The notes below the pieces were generated by a model. It did not search any database, had not been told where the DNA came from, and saw only the letters and a list, made by a program, of their open reading frames with translations. Below are positions 7,464 to 14,112 of a stretch of DNA of 14,112 bases, one piece after another. Origin of the DNA: Candidatus Krumholzibacteriia bacterium (GTDB lineage: Bacteria > Krumholzibacteriota > Krumholzibacteriia > WVZY01); assembly GCA_036478295.1 (NCBI GenBank), contig JAZGDW010000155.1, forward strand, positions 1-14,112, read 5' to 3'. The number at the start of each line of letters is the position of its first letter. Positions within the stretch are counted from its first letter, which is position 1. The position numbers were made by a program, and so were the translations under genes.

Positions 7464-9560
7464 CTACTCGTCGAATCCCGTGTCAAACTCCTGTCCGGAA
7501 CCCATGCCAACCTCGGTACCGCTCTCAACGATGGTCGGGGTCACAAAGATGATCAACTCACGCTTCTTCTTGATCGTGCTTCTCAGCTTGAAGAAGTTAC
7601 CTATCAGGGGGATATCTTTGAGAATCGGAATCCCCCGTTCGAGCGAGCTTTCCACCTCGCTGATCAATCCTCCCATCACCGCGGTCTCTCCATTGGCGAC
7701 CACCAGCCGCGTGTCCGCCTCGCTGAGTGAGATGATGACACCACCCTGAACGGTCGCCTGCGAACTTAACTCACTCACCTCGGGATGCAGGTCGAGCGTG
7801 ATGGAGTTGTCCTTGTTCACGTGCGGCGTGACGCGGAGGATGATACCGACCTTGGTGAGCTCGGTAATCGGGTTGCCGGCTTCATCGGACACGATCAACG
7901 GGATCTCCTTACCCACCAGGATAGTCGCTTCACGATTGTCCGTGGTCACGATGCGCGGGTTCGAGATGATGTTGGCGCGGTTCTCCTGCGCGAGCAAGTC
8001 CACAAGGGCCTCGATGGAGCCCCACGACTGGATCGTCCCGACGCGGAAGGTGCCTACCGGGCCAGCGGAACGCGCGTCGATGATACCTGAACCGAAGGCT
8101 TCCCCCGCGGTTAGATTGAGCGCATCCCAGCGAATCCCCATTTCCTGGCTGGCCTCGTAGTCGACGTCCACCATCTTGGCGACGATCTCGACCTGGCGGG
8201 TCCGGCGGTCGAGCTCTGTGACCATCGATTCGATCTTGTTGAGGACCTTTTCGATGTCGTTCACGATGAGCACATTGCGGCCCGTCTCGATCGCGATCGA
8301 TCCGCGGCCGGTCAGAATCTCTTTCAGGGCCTTCTTTATTTCGCCCGCTTTGGCGAAGCTCAGCGGCATGATCCTGGTGTGCAGAGGCAACAGGTCGTCC
8401 TTCTTGCGCGCGGCGACCTGGAGCGACAGTTCTTCCTTGGTCAGCTTGTCGATCGTCGACACGCGGATGACGCCGTATTCCTCCCGCCAACCGAAGCCGT
8501 GGGATTTAAGAATGATATCGAGCGCCTGGCGCCAGGGTACGTTCTTGAGGTGGGCGGTTACCTTGCCTTCGACCTCGGGTCCGGAGATGATATTGGTGTT
8601 GGAGAACTCCGCCACGCTGCGGAGAACCGTTTTGATACTCGCGTTCTGCACGTCGATAGTCATGTTCCTGTTCCGAACCATCCCGGTCTGAAACGCCCTG
8701 GCCCCCTGTGTCTTCATCTGAGGAGGGTTCTGCCGGCTGCTCCGCGGGGTGGTGCCGCTCGCCGGCGTCTTCGCGGTCGAAGACGGCTTCATCCATGACG
8801 GCATGGCCGGCCGCGGCGGCTCCTGGTCGGCGGGCTCCGACTTGGCCTTGGTGTCGTCACTTGCGGCCGACGTGCTCTTTGTGTCGGTGCCCGCGGCGTC
8901 CGTACCGGACTCTGGCCGGGTCCACGACGTGGTGGTCGCCGGCTTTGTCGCCGGCTGCTCATCTGCGTCGTTCTTCGTCAGCTGGCTCCATAGCGTGCTG
9001 CCCTTGTCACCGGCGTTGCCGGCATCCTTGTCGGCCGCCTCAACGGTGTTCTTGGGCGGAAGCGGCTGAATGGTGCGCGCCGCATCGGCCATTCCGATCG
9101 GTGCCACCGAACTGTCCATGGTCTTTGGCTTCGCGGCCGCCTCGGCAGCGCCGTCCTTCTTGAAAAAACGAACTGTCACCGACTGGCTCAGATTCGATAC
9201 CTCGTACGAGACATTCTCTTCGAGGTCGAAAACGATTCTCGTCACCTGATCGGGATCGAAACTGAACTGGCTGCTTCTGACGCGCCGGACGAAGTCGCCG
9301 TCGCCGTCAAACTTGTTACCGGCCAGGTCGTGTTTTGCACCCAGGAAATCCAGCACCAGTCTCGGTGGGTCTTCCATCATGAAATCCTGTACGTCGATGG
9401 CCCCCATCTTGGAAATGATGAAGCTCGCCGACCCACTACCCTTTTCGACCCTCAGCGAATTCACGCTCGAGGTATCGCCTCTTACCGTGCTGCTCACAGC
9501 CAGCGCGGCCGCGAGCAAGCCGACCACTGCTGTTTTGCGGATCATGAAGAGCCTTGTCAT
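7464..9560 (-). CDS. pilQ: Type IVa pilus secretin PilQ
   Basis: Signal peptide, AMIN-like domain (DPPRLVLDF...VRRVRSSQF...TRIVFDL), long low-complexity linker, N0 (NVPWRQALDIIL), N3 (LSFAKA...LTGRGSI), secretin domain (NPRIVTTDNREATILVGKEIP, VTPHV, GETAVMGGL, GIPILKDIPLIGNFFK, RELIIFVTPTIV); ATGA overlap with pilP. Confidence 0.95.
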   Translation of the reverse strand: MTRLFMIRKTAVVGLLAAALAVSSTVRGDTSSVNSLRVEKGSGSASFIISKMGAIDVQDFMMEDPPRLVLDFLGAKHDLAGNKFDGDGDFVRRVRSSQFSFDPDQVTRIVFDLEENVSYEVSNLSQSVTVRFFKKDGAAEAAAKPKTMDSSVAPIGMADAARTIQPLPPKNTVEAADKDAGNAGDKGSTLWSQLTKNDADEQPATKPATTTSWTRPESGTDAAGTDTKSTSAASDDTKAKSEPADQEPPRPAMPSWMKPSSTAKTPASGTTPRSSRQNPPQMKTQGARAFQTGMVRNRNMTIDVQNASIKTVLRSVAEFSNTNIISGPEVEGKVTAHLKNVPWRQALDIILKSHGFGWREEYGVIRVSTIDKLTKEELSLQVAARKKDDLLPLHTRIMPLSFAKAGEIKKALKEILTGRGSIAIETGRNVLIVNDIEKVLNKIESMVTELDRRTRQVEIVAKMVDVDYEASQEMGIRWDALNLTAGEAFGSGIIDARSAGPVGTFRVGTIQSWGSIEALVDLLAQENRANIISNPRIVTTDNREATILVGKEIPLIVSDEAGNPITELTKVGIILRVTPHVNKDNSITLDLHPEVSELSSQATVQGGVIISLSEADTRLVVANGETAVMGGLISEVESSLERGIPILKDIPLIGNFFKLRSTIKKKRELIIFVTPTIVESGTEVGMGSGQEFDTGFDE

Positions 9561-10012
9561 TTTCTGTCTCCTTCTCCTCGTTTGGCCAGGTGCAATGTCA
9601 ACTTTCGCGTCTGTCCGAAGGTGGTCACCCGGGCGACCATTGATCTGTCACCTATGGCGACAATGGAGCCGTTCTTGATGCGATCACCGATTCTCAGGAT
9701 GTAGCTGAACCCCTTGCTGTCCTCAAGCAGGGCGAAACGGTCCAGCTCACCTTTTACGACACCCACAAGCTGTACGCGACCCAGCTCGATGGGCGACATT
9801 TTCTTCTCGCTAACGAATTCGCCCACTACCAACGAGGCGAACGGATCTCTCCGGTTGAACGCGCTGTAGTAGTAGCTGTTCGCACGGATGTTCGTTTTCT
9901 TTTTATTCTTGGTTTCGGCGCGCAGCGCAGTCCCATGAAACACGAGAACCGACAAGGTGACGGCAACCGCCATCGCGCCCATGAGTACGTTTCTATTCGG
10001 CAGCGATCTCAT
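9557..10012 (-). CDS. pilP: PilP-like pilus assembly protein
   Basis: Position between pilO and pilQ; RRDPF motif, LVGVV....FALLED..G.SYILRIGD.I.NG.I..I; AAGGAG ribosome-binding site. Confidence 0.8.
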   Translation of the reverse strand: MRSLPNRNVLMGAMAVAVTLSVLVFHGTALRAETKNKKKTNIRANSYYYSAFNRRDPFASLVVGEFVSEKKMSPIELGRVQLVGVVKGELDRFALLEDSKGFSYILRIGDRIKNGSIVAIGDRSMVARVTTFGQTRKLTLHLAKRGEGDRK

Positions 10013-10610
10013 TTGCAGCTCCTTCTATCAGCGTGTGCGCCGTAAGTGTGAAACTCGCCACGACGGTGTTTCTGCTGTCTTCGGACTTGCGTCCCCGGGC
10101 GCCCCTGACCGTATTGGCCGAGACGACGTCAAGTTGTGATACGTTCACGATGCGGTCCATATTGGCGAGCCTGCTGAGGAAAATCCCCAACTGGTGGTAA
10201 CCGCCCCGGACCTTGATTTTGATGGGATGTGCTTTGTAATCAGGTTTGATCTCGACAGGGGTTGGCTGGAACAGCATGAATTCCACGCCGGCCTTGTTCC
10301 CGGCCGTAGTCACTTTTCTGAGCAGATTCGGCATCTCCTGCTCTTCGGGCAGCAGCTCACGCGCATCCAGCCACTGATCGTGAAGCCTGTCATATTCGGC
10401 CTCGAGCTGTGCCAGCTTGCCCACGATTTTCCTGGCCTTCTCGAGGTCCGCGTCCAGCTTGGAAAATTCCTGCTCGAGCTCCATGATGCGAGCCTTGCGC
10501 ACCTGATAACCGAAGGGCAGCAACGTGGTGCCGAAGTACAGGTAGCTCAGCATACAGATGACTACCGCTCCGAGCAGTATTTTCACAACTTTTGGATCTC
10601 TCAAGTTCAT
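9993..10610 (-). CDS. pilO: Type IVa pilus assembly protein PilO
   Basis: N-terminal transmembrane helix, coiled coil, LLPEEQEMPNLL, PIKIKVRGGYHQLGIFLSRLANMDRIVNV; operon position. Confidence 0.92.
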   Translation of the reverse strand: MNLRDPKVVKILLGAVVICMLSYLYFGTTLLPFGYQVRKARIMELEQEFSKLDADLEKARKIVGKLAQLEAEYDRLHDQWLDARELLPEEQEMPNLLRKVTTAGNKAGVEFMLFQPTPVEIKPDYKAHPIKIKVRGGYHQLGIFLSRLANMDRIVNVSQLDVVSANTVRGARGRKSEDSRNTVVASFTLTAHTLIEGAANEIAAE

Positions 10611-10649
10611 GACGCGCCTTTCGTCGTTCCTGACTTTGCTCTCAAATTG

Positions 10650-11219
10650 CTAGCGTGAGGTTATCGTCGATTGCAGAGTGAATTTGACCACGCTGTGATC
10701 CAGCAATTTCCCCTCCTGCGCAATTGTCAGATCGACCTGACCGAAGCGATCCGATTTGCCGAGGTTATTCATCAAGTCCGCGATTATGTAATTCGAAAAG
10801 GTGATGCCTTCGATCGCCATCGACGTCGGCGATTGTTCCTTTACTGAGGTAAACCAGCAGTTCGCGGGCATTTTTTGACTGATGTCATTGAGAATCTGAA
10901 CCCGGAAGTAACGATCCTTGTCCAAGCTCGCGATAATACCGAGCCGCCTGTTTACCTCTTCCCTCTCCTTGGTCAGAATTCTGATCCGCTCCAGTTGGGG
11001 GGCCAGTTCGGCTGCTTCCTTGCGCGCGTCCGCTACTTTGTGCTCGAGCTCCTTTATCCTTCTTCCCTGCAGGGTCGCCATGGCCACGACCATACCGGCG
11101 TAGATTCCGACGATGACCAGCGCCCAAACCAGCATCGTGCCGCCACCGGAGAACGCCGGCATCGTGAAACGCCGTTTTGTCGATCTTTCCGACGCTGGGA
11201 GTAGATTAATCTTGATCAT
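10650..11219 (-). CDS. pilN: Type IVa pilus assembly protein PilN
   Basis: MIKINLLP PilM-binding motif, transmembrane helix, coiled coil, P..CWFTSV, IADLMNNL..S..F; ATG directly follows the pilM TAA. Confidence 0.92.
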   Translation of the reverse strand: MIKINLLPASERSTKRRFTMPAFSGGGTMLVWALVIVGIYAGMVVAMATLQGRRIKELEHKVADARKEAAELAPQLERIRILTKEREEVNRRLGIIASLDKDRYFRVQILNDISQKMPANCWFTSVKEQSPTSMAIEGITFSNYIIADLMNNLGKSDRFGQVDLTIAQEGKLLDHSVVKFTLQSTITSR

Positions 11220-12281
11220 TTAGTCGTTCTCCCTTCGCAGGGCCAGGCCAAGCGAAACGGTCAGTAGTGGCGCGACTTTTTCCAGATCATCGACGCTGTT
11301 CGACATCAGCTTGTCGTCCTGCTGGATACTGGTCACGCAGTCGTTCATCTTGAATTCGATGTTATGCTTTTCGCTGAGGATCTCGGGCAGCCAGGGAATG
11401 CGCGCACCGCCACCGCTGATGACAACCTCGTCGAGCTGTTCCGCGTCCCCGGCGGTTTTCAGAAACGACACGGACCGCTCGATACCCATCGACAGATCCT
11501 CGCAGGTATCGGCAATAATGGAACGGACCTTATCCTCGTCCTCGATCTCGCCTTCGCCTGCGACCAGCATTTCGGCTTCTTCGAAACTTACGCCCGTCTC
11601 CCGCTGCAACGCCTCGATGAACATGCTGCTGCCGACGCTGAGATCCCTCGTAAACAGCGGAATGTTGTCCTGGACGATGTTGATATTGGTAACATCCGAG
11701 CCGATGTTTATCAGCCCTGTGACGCCGTTCCACACTTCACCGACGCTCACCCCGTAGGCGTTCTGGACGGCGAACGAATCGACGTCGATGATGACCGGCT
11801 CGAAGCCCGCGTCCCGGATCAGGTCGGCGTGTATGTTGACCATTTCTTTCTTCGCGGCCACGAGCAAAATCTCCATCTGATTGGCGCCGACGTCCTCCTT
11901 GAGGATCTCGAAGTCAAGACACACGTCATCGATATCGAACGGCACGTGCTGTTCCGCTTCCCAAAAGATCGCTTCCTTGGCGTCGTCCGGGTTCATCTTG
12001 TCCATGACGACCTTCTTGACGATGACCGCGCGTCCGGACACGGCGGAAATAACTTCCTTCTTTTCGATATTCGCCTTGGCCATGCATTCCTGGATCCCCT
12101 CGATCACCAGACTCCGGTCCATGATCTCGCCCTCGACGATCGCTTCTGGCGGCAGCTTGGTGACGCCGTACCTGATCAGAACCGGTAATTCGCCGGAATG
12201 ATCGATTTCCACGATCTTGATCAGGCTAGACCCGATATCCAGACCAACCGACGACTTGCTCTTTTTGGAAAACAACTTCAT
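11220..12281 (-). CDS. pilM: Type IVa pilus assembly protein PilM
   Basis: Actin-like fold motifs VGLDIGSSLIKIVE, EAEQHVPFDID.V.LDF, ILLVAAKK, IDVDSFA..N, INIGSDVTNI, SGGGARI, GLALR. Likely start ATG 12281 (MKLFSKK), since GTG 12389 lies at about the predicted transcription start. Confidence 0.95.
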   Translation of the reverse strand: MKLFSKKSKSSVGLDIGSSLIKIVEIDHSGELPVLIRYGVTKLPPEAIVEGEIMDRSLVIEGIQECMAKANIEKKEVISAVSGRAVIVKKVVMDKMNPDDAKEAIFWEAEQHVPFDIDDVCLDFEILKEDVGANQMEILLVAAKKEMVNIHADLIRDAGFEPVIIDVDSFAVQNAYGVSVGEVWNGVTGLINIGSDVTNINIVQDNIPLFTRDLSVGSSMFIEALQRETGVSFEEAEMLVAGEGEIEDEDKVRSIIADTCEDLSMGIERSVSFLKTAGDAEQLDEVVISGGGARIPWLPEILSEKHNIEFKMNDCVTSIQQDDKLMSNSVDDLEKVAPLLTVSLGLALRREND

Positions 12282-12398
12282 GTCTGCACCAGCCTTCTCT
12301 AAGGAAGTACGCTTCGGATGTCGTGTTGCAATCCCCCAGGACTCCAGTTGCAGAGGATCAGAATGCCTAGTGTTCTTTGACCTTGCCACCCGCTGTTC

Positions 12399-12413
12399 GC
12401 AACAAATATGCCA
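12399..12413 (-). promoter_or_regulatory. Sigma54 (RpoN) -24/-12 promoter for pilMNOPQ
   Basis: Minus strand TGGCATATTTGTTGC = TGGCA-N6-TTGC with exact GG-N10-GC spacing, intergenic and oriented towards pilM. Confidence 0.78.
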
Positions 12414-12436
12414 TTCTGTGTCGCCACCCGACTCGT

Positions 12437-12449
12437 CATAACCTATTTA
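12437..12449. promoter_or_regulatory. Possible IHF-like bending site
   Basis: CATAAC-CTAT-TTA partly matches WATCAA-N4-TTR and lies between the sigma54 site and the upstream palindrome. Confidence 0.25.
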
Positions 12450-12503
12450 CCCGACAACGCATTACACGTACCCACCGCTGAAGGAGTGCTGGTCTCAGCC
12501 ATG

Positions 12504-12523
12504 TTGCAAACTGCACAATGCAA
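12504..12523. promoter_or_regulatory. Candidate enhancer (bEBP upstream activator site)
   Basis: TTGCA-N10-TGCAA dyad containing three TGCA words at 12505, 12512 and 12519; centred about 126 bp upstream of the predicted sigma54 start. Confidence 0.45.
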
Positions 12524-12545
12524 TTACTGGAAAAGGAGTTGCGCG

Positions 12546-13313
12546 CTATCGGCCCATGTAGAGATCCCAGAGCTGCGCGCCCAGGACAAAGATCAGGGTC
12601 GCGGCCGGGGCGAGGAACGAACCGAAGGCCACCGCGGTCTTACCGCTGCCGCCCCCCTTGCGCATGAGGTAGACGCCGTAGACCGATCCGACGAGCGAGG
12701 CCAGGAACAGCACCGGAAAAACCATCTGCCAGCCGAGGAAGGCGCCGATCATGGCCATGAGCTTGACGTCTCCGCCCCCCATGCCGTCGACTTTGCGCAG
12801 GCTCCTGTAGAGCAGGGCGATGCCCAGGATCAGCCCGCCACCAACCGCGGAGCCGATCAGGGACTCGACGAGATTCAGATCGAGGCACACGACGGCCCCC
12901 ACCCACCCGAACACGACCCCACCCAGCGACAAGACGTCGGGAATAATCCGGTGGGACCAGTCTATGAAGGTGACGATGAGCAGCGTGGAGATGAACCCGT
13001 AAACCCACACACCCTGCAAGGTGAGGCCGTAGCGGTACACGACCAGAGCGGCAATAAGTGCCGACAACAGCTCGACCGCCGGATACCTGCCGGGGATCGA
13101 AAACGAGCATTGACGGCACCGGCCCTTGAGACTCACGTAGCTTACCAGGGGAATGTTGTCGAACCATCGTATCAACGCTTTACACTGCGGGCACCTCGAG
13201 CGGTCCCCGACCACCGACTCACCGCGCGGCAGCCGGTAGATGACGACGTTGAAAAAGCTGCCGAGGAGGAGCCCGAACACAAAGGACAGGGTGAGGGGAT
13301 ATGGATCACTCAT
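12546..13313 (-). CDS. pilD: Prepilin peptidase PilD (A24 family)
   Basis: GSFFNVVIYRLP, SRCPQC...WFDNIPLVSY..LKGRCRQC zinc module, RYPAVEL, catalytic aspartates in FIDW..RIIPD and GMGGGDVKL, AFGSFL. Confidence 0.96.
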   Translation of the reverse strand: MSDPYPLTLSFVFGLLLGSFFNVVIYRLPRGESVVGDRSRCPQCKALIRWFDNIPLVSYVSLKGRCRQCSFSIPGRYPAVELLSALIAALVVYRYGLTLQGVWVYGFISTLLIVTFIDWSHRIIPDVLSLGGVVFGWVGAVVCLDLNLVESLIGSAVGGGLILGIALLYRSLRKVDGMGGGDVKLMAMIGAFLGWQMVFPVLFLASLVGSVYGVYLMRKGGGSGKTAVAFGSFLAPAATLIFVLGAQLWDLYMGR

Positions 13314-14001
13314 GGTCTTCCGGCTGCCTGCGTAGTGGTTTGCCCTGTTTGAGCTTGTCGATGTAACGCTGGGCCATCTCCTTCAACAGCGGGTTGGCGG
13401 TGTGTTCCATGTACTCCTCCCACAGCCGGATGGCGGGCACCCCCTGATCGGCCTGGGCGTAGGCGAACGCGGCAAAGCGCCGGGCGCGCTCTGGCGCCTC
13501 CGGCATCCTGGACGCCAGGTTGAGATAACGTCCCGCTAACGCGAAGTCCACCTTGTTTAGATAACTGATGAAGCCGATCTCGAACGGAAGTTGCCAGGCA
13601 CGCGGGTTTTTCACCATGCCGGCCTTGAGGATTTCGATCCCGCTTCGTAAGTCACCGGCATCTTCGGCGACCACGAGGGCGCCGAAGAGGTAGGCAAAGA
13701 TGAAGTGCGGGTCCAGCGTTGTCACAATGTCGATGAGGCCTTCGAAGTAGGCCAGGCTGTGGTTCTCCTGCCGGTAATCGCCGTAGTACTGGATCGCCGA
13801 CAGCCAGACGATGTCGGCGGCGATCTGTCTGTAGCCCAGCGCGAGCTCGCTGACGAATTTTCCGGACGGCAGGTAGAGCGTCTCGTGCAAGTAGGGGCGG
13901 TACCGGTACGGCTGCAAGCGCACCGTCGTCCATGACAGTCCAGCGAAGAGCACCACACCGACCAGCCAAAAACAACTCTTGCGCAAGTGCCGCCACTGCA
14001 T
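13306..14001 (-). CDS. Membrane-anchored TPR-like protein, PilG (Myxococcus) / XapA (Geobacter)-like
   Basis: N-terminal transmembrane helix, ADIVWLSAIQYYG, TTLDPHF..AYLFG, GM.KNP.AWQLPFEIGF helical repeats; TGATG coupling to the upstream permease and an 8-bp overlap with pilD. Family call partly rests on context. Confidence 0.65.
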   Translation of the reverse strand: MQWRHLRKSCFWLVGVVLFAGLSWTTVRLQPYRYRPYLHETLYLPSGKFVSELALGYRQIAADIVWLSAIQYYGDYRQENHSLAYFEGLIDIVTTLDPHFIFAYLFGALVVAEDAGDLRSGIEILKAGMVKNPRAWQLPFEIGFISYLNKVDFALAGRYLNLASRMPEAPERARRFAAFAYAQADQGVPAIRLWEEYMEHTANPLLKEMAQRYIDKLKQGKPLRRQPEDHE

Positions 14002-14111
14002 CACACGACGTCCTTGCGCCGGAAGATGAGCGCGCTGAGGAACAAGAAGAAGAGGGTATAGAAACCCGCGTACATCGTTACCGATGAGCTGTAGTGCTCG
14101 AGCAGCGGCAG
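14001..14111 (-). CDS. C-terminus of an ABC-2 type permease (PilI-like); partial, enters from the right edge
   Basis: Manual translation ...LPLLEHYSSSVTMYAGFYTLFFLFLSALIFRRKDVV*: final transmembrane helix plus an F-R-R-K-D tail typical of ABC-2 permeases. Confidence 0.7.
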   Translation of the reverse strand: MPLLEHYSSSVTMYAGFYTLFFLFLSALIFRRKDVV

Positions 14112-14112
14112 G

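Noticed and set aside
9557..11219. pilNOP looks somewhat more AT-rich than its neighbours, suggesting horizontal transfer
   Set aside because: Impression only, not computed; explainable by Lys/Ile/Asn-rich proteins, with no integrase, tRNA or flanking repeats.
12282..12389. 36-residue N-terminal extension of PilM from GTG 12389
   Set aside because: The codon coincides with the predicted sigma54 transcription start; PilM similarity starts at MKLFSKK.
11364..13352. 274-aa (11364..12188) and 314-aa (12408..13352) plus-strand ORFs
   Set aside because: Antisense shadows of pilM and pilD.

Overview
GC-rich chromosomal window from a diderm bacterium; almost every gene is on the minus strand. In transcription order (right to left): 3' end of an ABC-2 permease (PilI-like), a PilG/XapA-like membrane-anchored helical protein, prepilin peptidase pilD, a 264-bp gap with a consensus sigma54 promoter, pilMNOPQ, a long RNA hairpin, rsmD-coaD, a sigma70-type promoter, obgE-dprA-lpxL-family acyltransferase, one plus-strand DUF3467 gene (tail-to-tail with lpxL), a back-to-back promoter pair, split ADP-heptose genes rfaE1 and rfaE2, and the 5' 321 codons of a COG2403 P-loop protein that the ORF track missed and that resembles arginine synthetase ArcE. 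No mobile element, CRISPR array, tRNA or rRNA was seen. The sequence alone does not establish a new biological system. The best leads are the sigma54/enhancer control region of the pilus operon, the pilus-plus-dprA competence linkage, a cysteine-less PilP paired with a long-linker PilQ, the ArcE-like enzyme and the DUF3467 protein. All family calls come from motif recognition by eye, not database searches.
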